Assembly (NCBI GenBank): GCA_945861635.1
Contig: CAMAWH010000027.1
Location: 1-64,000 of the forward strand
Source of the DNA: Klebsiella pneumoniae
Lineage (GTDB): Bacteria; Myxococcota_A; UBA796; SXON01
Direction: 5' to 3'
DNA length: 64,000 bases
The notes beneath the pieces are model-generated. The model did no database searches and had not been told where the DNA came from. It saw only the letters and a list, made by a program, of their open reading frames with translations. This document shows, piece by piece, positions 9,986 to 19,111 of the stretch. Every line of letters starts with the position of its first letter. The stretch's first letter is position 1. Position numbers and translations under genes: made by a program.

Positions 9986-11789
9986 GATGACCCCCACCGT
10001 CGCATGCATCGGACAAGAACACGCTGCCGCGGGATGGGCCTGCCGCCGTGAGGTCGGCGGCCACCGCGTGCTCGATCTGCACGGCACCGACGCGCAGATC
10101 GGGGGCATGTATGGCGTGCTCCTGCGTCGCGAGCTGACGGAACGCTACGTCCCCATGACCGACCACATGATCGCCGACCTTCCTGTGGGGTTCCGACACG
10201 TTCTGGCGATGTACGAGCACCGCTACCCCGACTACTTTGACGCCGATAATCACGCGCGCGCACGAGGTCTGGAGGCCGCGCTCGACATGTCGCCGGGGAC
10301 GATGCTCCGCTACGGGTGGATCACCGACCTGGCGTCCATCGGCCCCGCGGTGCAACTCGCTGTCGCCGGCACCGTCCAATGGGATGGGGTCCGCGGAACC
10401 CTGGACACGTCCCGCTGCACGTCGATCGTCGGTCGCGATGGTAACGCCACGGTCCACGCCCGCAACCTGGACTTCTGGGGAATGGGTTTCTGGCAGCCCA
10501 ACGCCACGCTGCTATTTGTTGAGCCGCTCCATGCCGACGGCACGCCCGACGGCTTCCGGTACGCCCACGCCGGGACGGTGGGAGAGATTTTTGCAGCCTC
10601 TACCGGCGTAAACGAAAAGGGACTCGTCGTCACCGTCCATTTGCATGCGAGTCGCGACGTGGCGCTCGTCGATGGCGACTTGCGCCTGACGCCGTTCCAG
10701 CTGTTCTGGCGCGGGTTCACCGGCCCGCGATCCCGGCCAGGATCCTCGGTATACGCGCTCACGGAGCGGGTCCTGCGCCGGGCGGCGAACGTCGCGGATG
10801 CAAAACAGCTGCTGTCGGCCATGCCCTCGCTCGGCGCCTGGAGCTTCGTCGTGTCCGATCCGTCCGGGGCCAGCGCGATGATCGGTCATGACTCCAAGAC
10901 CGTGCGCTCGACCGACAACCCCGGCGTCGTGACCAATTTCTACATGGACCCCGAGATGCACGCGCGAGAATTGGTTCCGGCAAGAGGACCGGTCGAGGGT
11001 GCGAGACTCCGGTACGACCGGGCCCAGGCGCTGCGTGCCGAGCATCCCGAGCTCACCGTAGCTGCCGCCATCGCGATCCTGCGTGACCGTTTCGACCTCG
11101 CGACGGGCGGCGCCCGCTCGGCTTCAGCCAACACCATCGTCAGCACGGACACGTCGCAAAGCATGGTGATCCGCACGACCCCGGGAGGCGACCCCGAAAT
11201 CTGGATCGCCCACCCCAATGCCGACGGGTACACGCCCGCCCCATTTTCGGCCTTCGACCGATACTCTTTCAGCGACGGCTTCCAACAGGCGTCCGTCGTA
11301 AGGGAGAGCGTACCGGGAATCGCCCGCGACCCTGTGACCACCACGTACATCGACGCCATGCGGCTGCAATTGGATGAGCACGATTCACCCGGTGCGGTTG
11401 CGGCGTTGCGGAGCGTCGTCACGGACGATCCGGCGATTCCGCTGATGACCGCGCTCCTGGCCGCCCACATCGGAGACGTCGAGGGCGCACGCGCGGATCT
11501 CGCGCGGTCCGATGCCGCCACGGGGCCGCTCTCCACCCACCACAGGATCCTCGCGGACTGCCTCCGGGGTGAATTAGCGCTCGCCGCCCGTGAGCCGGAA
11601 AACGCACTCGCGGCGTGGGGGTCGGCGGCCGGTTGGATCACCGATGATCGCTCTGCCAACGCGGATTTGAACGCAGTCGCCGCAGAGGTCGTCCGGCAAC
11701 GCCTCAACGGAAAAGGCCACGGCCGCCCCAGCTTTCCGGAGCCCAACCTGAAGTTTCAGGACATCCTTGAGTGGCGGGTCACGCCGTAA
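9986..11789 (+). CDS. Hypothetical protein with a C-terminal TPR-like helical region. It may have an N-terminal Ntn-hydrolase fold (peptidase C45 / acyltransferase-like), but this is weak.
   Basis: Start MTPTVACIGQEHAAAGW with an early Cys. Conserved-looking block NATVHARNLDFWGMGF. The start was chosen at the first ATG after the upstream gene. Confidence 0.4.
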
Positions 11790-11808
11790 ACCACGCCCCC
11801 GCGGTACC

Positions 11809-12810
11809 ATGCCAACGCCGATGACGTCTTTCGCTCCAATCGCGGCGTCCCTGCTGCTCGCCGCCTGTACCTCACCCCACCCGGCTGCCGGAAAAACGGC
11901 GGGTACTAACGGCGATTCCGGGTCTGAAACGGGCGACGCCGCCGACACCTCCAGCGACACCGCGGACACCGCCCTCCCCGCCCCCTACACGATCGCGGGT
12001 GATCTGGTGATGACGCCGGTACCCGCAGGCACATTCACGATGGGAAGCCCTGCGGAGGAGGTCGGCCGCAGCGACGACGAAACCCGCCACTCCGTCACGC
12101 TCACCGGCGCTTTCCACATCGGCAAAACGGAGGTGACCCTCGGGCAGTTCGAGGCCGTGCTCGGTTACATCCCCCACAACGACACGATGTGTGGCGAGGC
12201 GTGCCCCGTGCGCTGGGTGAGTTGGCACGAGGCCGCAGCGTTCACAAACGCGCTGTCGTCGGCCCAGGATCTCGAGGCCTGCTACGTCTGCGCGGGGGCG
12301 GGCACCGCCATTTCCTGTGCCGCCAAGCCAAGGCGGTGCGTTGGATATCGCCTCCCAACCGAAGCGGAGTGGGAATATTCCGCGCGCGCCGGCGAAACAA
12401 CGGCGCTGCACAACGGCGGAAATATTCTTGCCGGGACGGACGAAAGTTGTGCGGGGGCGCTGCTCCTCGACAACGGCAACGTCCTCGACGACATTTCATG
12501 GTACTGCGGAAACGCCGCCAATGCCATCCATCCGGTTGCGACGCTTGGGCCGAACGCGTGGAATATTTTCGACACCACCGGAAATGTCTATGAGTGGACA
12601 AACGATTGGTTTGCATCATTTTCCGGAGACCCGCAAACAGATCCGACGGGGCCGACGACAGGAACGGAATACGTCCACAAAGGCGGAAGTTGGGGCAGCG
12701 TGCCGGCGAATTGCCGCCATGCGAATCGCGCGCCCACGGACCCGGCCTTCACCGCGGGCGGGTTGGGCTTTCGCATCGCCCGAGATAGGGGGGAGGCGTC
12801 GGAGCCGTAG
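11809..12810 (+). CDS. FGE-sulfatase (formylglycine-generating enzyme / SUMF1-like) domain lipoprotein.
   Basis: Lipobox LLLAAC. GSPAEE..RHSVTL..FHIGKTEVT, VSWHEAAAFTNALS, GYRLPTEAEWEY, GNVYEWTNDW, KGGSWGS, GFRIAR. This gene lies immediately upstream of a Ser/Thr kinase. Confidence 0.75.
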   Translation: MPTPMTSFAPIAASLLLAACTSPHPAAGKTAGTNGDSGSETGDAADTSSDTADTALPAPYTIAGDLVMTPVPAGTFTMGSPAEEVGRSDDETRHSVTLTGAFHIGKTEVTLGQFEAVLGYIPHNDTMCGEACPVRWVSWHEAAAFTNALSSAQDLEACYVCAGAGTAISCAAKPRRCVGYRLPTEAEWEYSARAGETTALHNGGNILAGTDESCAGALLLDNGNVLDDISWYCGNAANAIHPVATLGPNAWNIFDTTGNVYEWTNDWFASFSGDPQTDPTGPTTGTEYVHKGGSWGSVPANCRHANRAPTDPAFTAGGLGFRIARDRGEASEP

Positions 12811-12812
12811 CC

Positions 12813-15800
12813 GTGATCGGTCAGTTGGTTGCGGAGCGCTATCAGGTCGAACGCAGCCTTGGAGAAGGCGGAGCGGCGCAGGTCTACCTGGCGCGAGACG
12901 CAACGCGGGGCGGGTTCGTGGCGATGAAATTCTTTCCGTCGCTGCGTTCGTCCGAGGAGGAATTCCGTCGTGAGGCGGCCGCGGCAATGCGGGGTAAACA
13001 CCTGAATCTTGTAGCCCTTCTCGATGCGGGTGTGTGGGAGGGCGCGCCTTGGCTGGCCCTCGAATTCGTGGATGGCATGGATGCGCGCACGCTGTTGGAG
13101 TCGCGGATTCTGCCCATCGAGGAAGCGGTCGACATCGTGATTCAGGTCTTTGCCGCGCTCGACGCGATGCACCGCAGCGGCATTGCGCACGGCGACATTA
13201 AACCCGAAAATATCCTACTCGCAGGATCGCTTGCGCGCGTTGTCGATTTCGGACGCGCGCGGTTCCACCATTTGATTGACGGGCGGGGAATGTTCCCGGG
13301 TACGCCGCCGTACATGCATCCTTCCCTGTTCCACGGCGGATTACCTACCGCGCGCACGGACTGTTTCGCCGCGTGGGTCATGCTGTCTGAGTTGGTCGTC
13401 GGCGAGCGCCCGTGGACCGTTGGCGCGCTTCGTTGGGCCCATGGGGACACGCTGCCGAATCGCGAGGCCGTCCCCGACGACGTGCTCGATCGCCTTGTTC
13501 ACGCTGGACTTTCCGGTCAGCTCCCCGACGCGCGCAGCGGCTGGCTGGCGCTCTCGCGATACCGACGCGGTCGCACGGACGTCCCGCTGCCGCCCCCGCA
13601 CATCTCGCCGCCACCGCCGGATATTGTGGAACGGGTGATCGACCGACTCCGGGATGGGCGCTCCGTAGCCGTGACCGGCGATATCGAGTATTCGCGGGGG
13701 TTTCTCCAAGCGGCGCACCGTGTTTGGGAAGGGTACGTGCTTTGGGCATCGGCGGACTGGGGCTCGCCCGCGGTGCCGCTTTCGGGGGCGCTCGCGCTGG
13801 CGGCTCACGCGGCGGAGGGCCTTGATGGTGACACGCTCCAACGCATCGCGGGGCACCTTGGCCCGATGGCGGGCGTCATTGGAGCCGCCAGCCCGGCGGC
13901 GCGGGCGTGGTTGGGCGCTGACAATCGGCCGATGGCGCGGCCGCCTGCGGAACGCTTGGCGCTGGCGCTCCGGCGGTTCCTTGCGGCCTGCCCCCGCCCG
14001 CTGCTGATTCTCGTCGATGGAATGGATCGTATCGACGGCGCATCGCGCCGGTTCCTTGCGACGCTTGTGTCCACAGGAGAGGTGTGCGTGCTGGGAACGG
14101 CCGGACACGGACGCCCGCACGGACTGCCGCAGACGTACGAACTCGAGGAAATCACGCTGCAGGAGGCATCGAACCCCAGCCCCAGTGAAATCGTCCTGCG
14201 GTCCCGCACGCTCGCTCTTCCGCTCGGCGAAACCCTGCGCCGGGCCGCCGCCCTCGACGAGGAGCGGTTTCAGGACGCCACGCTCGACGCTGAAGCTGCC
14301 CGCGAAGCACGATGGACGGGGACAGAAGTGGTGGCCCGACCCGGCGTGATGCCACCGCCCGATATCGCACGAAAATGGCTGCGGGACGCCGCGATGCGTC
14401 TGGATCCAGCGCGAGACGCCGTGCTCATCGCGCGATTCGCAATTCAGTGTGAGGACACAGACCGACTCGCCGAGGTTATCGACCTCGCCATCGAGGAAGT
14501 CGAACGCGTCGATCCGGTCGAGGCTCTGGACATCGCCGCGCGCGACCCGCGGCCGGCAACGCCAGCCCGTCTCTTACGACATCTCCACATCGCCGTAGTG
14601 GCGCGCGATATCGCCCTTGCCGGGAGCCTGATCACACGCCTGCGTGAGGCCAGGGGGACCGCGGCCGACATTGCGGAAGCGGAGGCGGAAGTCGCCTTTC
14701 GGCAGGGCCGGGACACGGATGCCATCGACGCCTATCGCCGGTTGGCGGCGGAGTTGGGCGCACCCCTCCATGGTGGCTTCCTCGGTTGGATCGGCAACGT
14801 TGGCGCGCTCGTGGCCGTCGTAAGCCAGCGCACCGTCAAACCGTCGCCAGACCAACGCCTTGCCATGTGCTTCGAACGGTTGTACGACCTGTATTTTTCG
14901 CGCGATCACCGCTCGCTCATCCGGATTCATCGGCGTTGGCTCGCCGCCGCCCCGTCGCAAGCGCGCGCCCGCGCGATGGATGTGATCTGGCAGACGGCGC
15001 TTGGGCGTCACGAGTCTGCGCGCGGCATCGAATCGGCGCTGGCGCGCGAACTGCGAGAGGACGCCGACCCCTACGGCGCGGCGGTGCTCTTGACGCACCG
15101 TTCCATTGCCCGCGGACTCCGCGGGGAAACCGTTGAATCCTTTACCGACGCGGTGGACGCAACAGAACGCCTCCTCCGCGCCGGGGATCCCTACCTTGCG
15201 GCGTTGGCCATGACGTCGGTATCGACCTCCGGCATGCACCTGGCCGCGCCCGCAACGATGTCGCGCGTGTTCACCGACGTACGCCGCCTTGCGACGGACA
15301 CCGGCGACGCACGCGCCGCACTATGGTGTGACGGCTCGGACGCCAGCGTGGCCTGGCTCATCGGCGATCGCCAGGGGGCTGCGCAGGGCTATGCCGAATG
15401 GGCGGACGCGGCGCGGGCGCGGTCGGACATGGCCGAGGCGGTCGCCTCGCGGTTGGCGGCGGATGTGGCGGTGGAAGTAGGGGATTTCGTCGCAGCCATG
15501 CGCTGGGTGGAGCGCTGCGAAACGGTGATGCGGCGGTGTCGCCTGCGGCTTGACTTCACCGACGCCATCGCGATTGCGCGCGTGATGTCCACGGGGAAGG
15601 GAGAGAGCGCTTTGACGTCGCTCGTGGCTCGATCCCCGCGGTGGGGCGCGCGGGCACTGGTGGCCCGGGCGAGCGCCGCCGTCCACCGCGGCGACAAGGC
15701 CGGCGCACGGCGCCTGCTGGACGCGGCCATTGCCGAGGCACAGTCACGGCAGCAGATTCACGATCTGTGGTTTGCGTGGTCGCAGCGCGCGCGGCTTTTG

Positions 15801-15884
15801 GACGATGGCGTGGCGGCAGATGCGGCGGCCGCCGTGGCGGTGCAACACGGGATCAAGATCGGCATGGCGTCGGCACTGCGGTAG
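12813..15884 (+). CDS. Ser/Thr protein kinase with a ~700-aa C-terminal helical (AAA/TPR-like) regulatory region.
   Basis: LGEGGAAQVYLA..AMK (glycine loop and Lys), HRSGIAHGDIKPENILL (catalytic loop), DFGRA (DFG), PPYMHP. GTG start 3 nt after the upstream stop. Confidence 0.8.
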   Translation: MIGQLVAERYQVERSLGEGGAAQVYLARDATRGGFVAMKFFPSLRSSEEEFRREAAAAMRGKHLNLVALLDAGVWEGAPWLALEFVDGMDARTLLESRILPIEEAVDIVIQVFAALDAMHRSGIAHGDIKPENILLAGSLARVVDFGRARFHHLIDGRGMFPGTPPYMHPSLFHGGLPTARTDCFAAWVMLSELVVGERPWTVGALRWAHGDTLPNREAVPDDVLDRLVHAGLSGQLPDARSGWLALSRYRRGRTDVPLPPPHISPPPPDIVERVIDRLRDGRSVAVTGDIEYSRGFLQAAHRVWEGYVLWASADWGSPAVPLSGALALAAHAAEGLDGDTLQRIAGHLGPMAGVIGAASPAARAWLGADNRPMARPPAERLALALRRFLAACPRPLLILVDGMDRIDGASRRFLATLVSTGEVCVLGTAGHGRPHGLPQTYELEEITLQEASNPSPSEIVLRSRTLALPLGETLRRAAALDEERFQDATLDAEAAREARWTGTEVVARPGVMPPPDIARKWLRDAAMRLDPARDAVLIARFAIQCEDTDRLAEVIDLAIEEVERVDPVEALDIAARDPRPATPARLLRHLHIAVVARDIALAGSLITRLREARGTAADIAEAEAEVAFRQGRDTDAIDAYRRLAAELGAPLHGGFLGWIGNVGALVAVVSQRTVKPSPDQRLAMCFERLYDLYFSRDHRSLIRIHRRWLAAAPSQARARAMDVIWQTALGRHESARGIESALARELREDADPYGAAVLLTHRSIARGLRGETVESFTDAVDATERLLRAGDPYLAALAMTSVSTSGMHLAAPATMSRVFTDVRRLATDTGDARAALWCDGSDASVAWLIGDRQGAAQGYAEWADAARARSDMAEAVASRLAADVAVEVGDFVAAMRWVERCETVMRRCRLRLDFTDAIAIARVMSTGKGESALTSLVARSPRWGARALVARASAAVHRGDKAGARRLLDAAIAEAQSRQQIHDLWFAWSQRARLLDDGVAADAAAAVAVQHGIKIGMASALR

Positions 15885-15920
15885 GCGGATCGACCGCCTC
15901 GCGCTACAAGCGCCGCGCCC

Positions 15921-16784
15921 ATGTTCACCATCGAGCGCTTCGGCGCGGGTCCGGTTCAGCTGCTCGTCGAGGTGCCCCACGGCGCCGATCGGCGGGAACA
16001 CTACGACGCCATCCGGGCGCGGCTTGTCGGCGATCTTCCGGCTGATCTGCATACGTTTTTCCACATCAACACCGATGTCGGGGCGTGGGCGCTGGGGCGT
16101 CGTGTTGCGGAGTGTGTCGCCGCCGAGGCGGGCGTTGCGACCATGGCGATTCGCAGCCTGATCCCCCGCACGTTCATTGATTGCAATCGTCTGGAAGATG
16201 CCGCTGCGTCCAGCGGACTGACGGCTGGCTTGGCGCCGTGGATACGGCATCCGGACGACCGCGCGTTCCTTGTGGCCGCCCACCGTGACTACATCGCCAC
16301 CGTCGAGGCCGCCGCGTCCGAACTTCCCGCCGACGGACTTCTCTTTCTGCCTCATACGTATGGCCCGCGCTCCATGAACATCCCGGTCGTGGACGACGAG
16401 ATCGTGTCGCGACTGCGGGAGCAAACGGAGCCGGCGAATTGGGAGTCGCTGCCGAGCCGCCCGGAGATCGACTTTATTTCTGTCACGCCGGATGGCCGCA
16501 CACTCGCGCCCGACGGGATGGTGGAGGAATTGCTGGCTGGCTACGCAGCGATCGGGCTCGTCGGCGAGATCGCGAAAACCTATACGCTCCATCCGTCCAC
16601 GCAGGGCGCCCGGTGGTCGGAGGCGCGGCCCGGACAGGCGCTGTGCGTGGAGTTTCGGCGCGATCTCTTGGTCGAAGCGTGGCTGCCATTTGAGGAAATG
16701 GAGGTGCGACATGACGAAGTCAACCGTCTGGCGGGGCCCGTCATCGCCGCGTTCGTCGCTCGGTTACGACGGGGCGCCGCGTAG
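15921..16784 (+). CDS. N-formylglutamate amidohydrolase family (PF05013-like) protein.
   Basis: LLVEVPHGADRREHYD and IPRTFIDCNRL match the FGase signature blocks (HxG..., R.v.D.NR). Confidence 0.5.
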   Translation: MFTIERFGAGPVQLLVEVPHGADRREHYDAIRARLVGDLPADLHTFFHINTDVGAWALGRRVAECVAAEAGVATMAIRSLIPRTFIDCNRLEDAAASSGLTAGLAPWIRHPDDRAFLVAAHRDYIATVEAAASELPADGLLFLPHTYGPRSMNIPVVDDEIVSRLREQTEPANWESLPSRPEIDFISVTPDGRTLAPDGMVEELLAGYAAIGLVGEIAKTYTLHPSTQGARWSEARPGQALCVEFRRDLLVEAWLPFEEMEVRHDEVNRLAGPVIAAFVARLRRGAA

Positions 16785-16787
16785 GGA

Positions 16788-17045
16788 TCATCCCCCGGAC
16801 AACGCCGCGATGATGCACACCTCACCCACGATCGGCGTGTCCAGCGTCCACGCCTGCTCCCCGGCGACAAAACACTTGATGTGCGGCCGGATGCGATCCT
16901 GCTCGTCGGTGATGCGGATCAGAAATCCGGGGTGGCGCCGCTCCACGTCGGCCAACACCTCCGCAAGCGTGGTGCCCGCTGCCTCGATCTCGGCAACGCC
17001 CCCCGTGTAGCTGCGCAGGTGCGTCGGCAGCAGAACGCGCGTCAC
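16788..17045 (-). CDS. MoaD/ThiS/CysO-family small sulfur-carrier (ubiquitin-like) protein ending in Gly-Gly.
   Basis: 85 aa. LPTHLRSYTGG..AGTTLAEVLADVE..FVAGEQAW..GEVCIIAALSGG-stop closely parallels M. tuberculosis CysO (IPTILRPHTGG...ILPAVAGG). The GTG start overlaps the TGA of the upstream BNR gene (GTGA). Confidence 0.7.
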   Translation of the reverse strand: MTRVLLPTHLRSYTGGVAEIEAAGTTLAEVLADVERRHPGFLIRITDEQDRIRPHIKCFVAGEQAWTLDTPIVGEVCIIAALSGG

Positions 17046-18171
17046 GCCAGCTCGGCGACCGTCACCGAGTAGATGTGCGGAAGGTTCGACGCGACGCGCG
17101 TGAATCGGCCGCCTTCGTCGTTGCTCGCCCACACCTCTCCGCTGGTCGTCCCGAAGTAAAGGCCAACCGGAGCCCCAGCATCCGACGCGAGGCACTGACG
17201 TTTGACGGTCCACCATGCCTGCTCGACGGGCAGTCCCTTGTCCAAGCGTTGCCAGGAAGCGCCGGCATCCCGCGTACCGTACACTGCGGGCTTTCCACCG
17301 GGGCTGGTCCGGGGCCACACGGCGGTGCCATCCATCGGAAAAACCCAGGCGTTATCAGGGTCACGGGGGTGCATGGCAATGGGGAACCCGATGTCACCGA
17401 CCTCCGCCGGCATCGCTTTGCCGACGCGCTCCCATCGTTCACTCACATCCCGATCGAGGCGATAGAGGCCACAGTGGTCTTGACGCCACAAGCGATCAGG
17501 ACGGAGCGGATGCACCTGCACGCAGTGGGGATCGTGCCCGTGGAGGTATTCTCCACCGTCGGGGAGGGGCGGGGCAAAATCCATCGCAACGCCCGCATTC
17601 AGCGGAGACCACGACGCGCCTCCATCCGGGGAAAAGAAAAATCCACCTCCTGAAAGGCCGATATACATGCGATTGGGATCGCGCGGATCGATGAGTATGG
17701 AGTGGGTTTTGCCACCATCCGGCGTCTGATCCTGATCGCCCCGGACCCACTCTGACTGGTCGGGGTGGTCGTTGAAGCCTGAGACGGGCGCCCAATTCTC
17801 GCCGCCATCCTCACTCCGGAAAAGGCCATGCGGCGAGGTTCCTGCGAACCAAACGCCGGGCTGAGTGGCGTGGCCGGGCGTGAGCCAGAACACGTGATCG
17901 ACGGCGCGCGCGCCTCACCCTTGGGAAACGTCGGGGGCGTGGTGACCTGCGCCCAATTCTTTCCGCCGTCCGTGGTTCGCATCATGGCCGGGCCGAGGTG
18001 TCCGGAGCGCGTGGCCGCAATCATCGTACGGCCGTCACGCGGGTCGAGCACGACGTGGTGGACGATGCTGCCAAAGTGATGGGGACCGTCCACCGTCCAA
18101 TTCTGACGGTCTGTACTGCGATAGAACCAAAGGCCCTTGCGGGTTCCGACGGCGAGGAGGGTCGTGGGCAT
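17042..18171 (-). pseudogene. BNR/Asp-box repeat beta-propeller protein (sialidase / Ycf48-like) split by a frameshift near 17884-17905. Either an authentic pseudogene or a sequencing error.
   Basis: N-terminal ORF (18171 downward) carries TTDGGKNW. The C-terminal ORF carries SEDGGENW, SPDGGASW, TRDAGASW, SNDEGGRF. The two frames overlap across 17599-17893 and the junction maps to a gcgcgcgcgc run. Confidence 0.5.
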
Positions 18172-18217
18172 GGGGGACTTCCGGTGGGGGCGACGGTTTT
18201 AGCGTGGTTGGGTTACC

Positions 18218-18679
18218 GTGCCCACCATGCCCCTCTGGCGCCCGTGCAGCACCTGCAAGAAACCGATCCACCATGGTCAAATCCATCAGGTCTGTTCCGT
18301 CTCGACGTGCAACCGGCCGCGCGTGGCTTGGGTGTTCTGTGGCGTCGCATGTTGGGATGCGCATGTTCCCACGATGAATCATCGCGATGCGTGGTGTGAG
18401 GAGCGCCGGGCGCCGAGTGAGTCGGTGGCTGCGGTTGCGCTGGTCGACCCGGAGGCGCGGCGGCGGATTGTGCCCACGGCAGCACCGGAGCCGAGCGCAG
18501 AGGACGTGCTGATCGTGGCTTCCCGGCTGAAGGACTACATCGACAAACGCGCCGGCATGAACACGGCGGGCGATGTGTTGGACGCGCTGTCGGAGATCGT
18601 GCGGCAGAAGGCGGACGAAGCGATTCTGCGGGCGCGGGCGGATGGGAGAAAGACGGTGAAGGGAAGGGATTTTCGGTAG
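18218..18679 (+). CDS. Hypothetical protein with an N-terminal Cys-rich zinc-ribbon and a conserved basic C-terminal helix.
   Basis: CSTCKK..CSVSTC..CGVACWDAH Cys/His cluster. C-terminal VLIVASRLKDYIDKRAGMNTAGDVLDALSEIV..ADGRKTVKGRDF looks conserved rather than random. Confidence 0.4.
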   Translation: MPTMPLWRPCSTCKKPIHHGQIHQVCSVSTCNRPRVAWVFCGVACWDAHVPTMNHRDAWCEERRAPSESVAAVALVDPEARRRIVPTAAPEPSAEDVLIVASRLKDYIDKRAGMNTAGDVLDALSEIVRQKADEAILRARADGRKTVKGRDFR

Positions 18680-18826
18680 GAACGATGGGAAGAGGGGGTC
18701 GGAGCCGGGCGTCGCGCCATGATCGGCCAGCACGTCAAAACAGCCGGCGGAATCGCGCGGGTTGCGTGCCCTTCGCGCCGGATTGAGAGCGCCTGGTACA
18801 GTACTTCGGCATCGGCGGCCTCCATC

Positions 18827-19111
18827 TCAAAGGTGATGCGCGCGCGCGGGGCGCAGCTCGGCGTCCGGATCGCCAATGGGTGTGGGATCTCCGATGCGGG
18901 AGGCGACCACTTCGCGCTCCATCACGCGAGCGGACATCGTTTTTGCGCATTCCGTCCACGAGGCGTCTGTTTCCGCTGTCGCGACGCGCACCACTTCCCT
19001 CGCTTTCGTCCAATCCACTTCGCCGGCGGCGAGCGCCGCGTTCAGCCTCGGTAAGTCGCCGTCCAAAAATAACTGACGCATTCGGCCGCCGGCTCCGACA
19101 CCAGCCCCCAA
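18827..19111 (-). pseudogene. Remnant of an HNH-endonuclease N-terminal DUF222 domain (REP13E12-like gene family), ~94 codons, without the HNH part.
   Basis: DLPRLNAALAAGEVDWTKAREVVRVATAETDASW..ARVMEREV matches the DUF222 core (ELP.I.AAFAAGRLSYSKVRALTRVATPE..LERLV). The reading frame passes through the 41-bp repeat copy A. Confidence 0.35.
19051..19091. repeat. Copy A of a 41-bp element, gtaagtcgccgtccaaaaataactgacgcattcggccgccg.
   Basis: 40/41 nt identical to the reverse complement of 38723..38763. Unusually AT-rich core CCAAAAATAACTG for this genome. Confidence 0.8.

Noticed and set aside
17599-17893. Treating 17599..18171 and 17042..17893 as two separate overlapping genes.
   Set aside because: BNR/Asp-box motifs continue across both and the overlap translations are mutually exclusive garbage. 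A single frameshifted gene is the simpler explanation.
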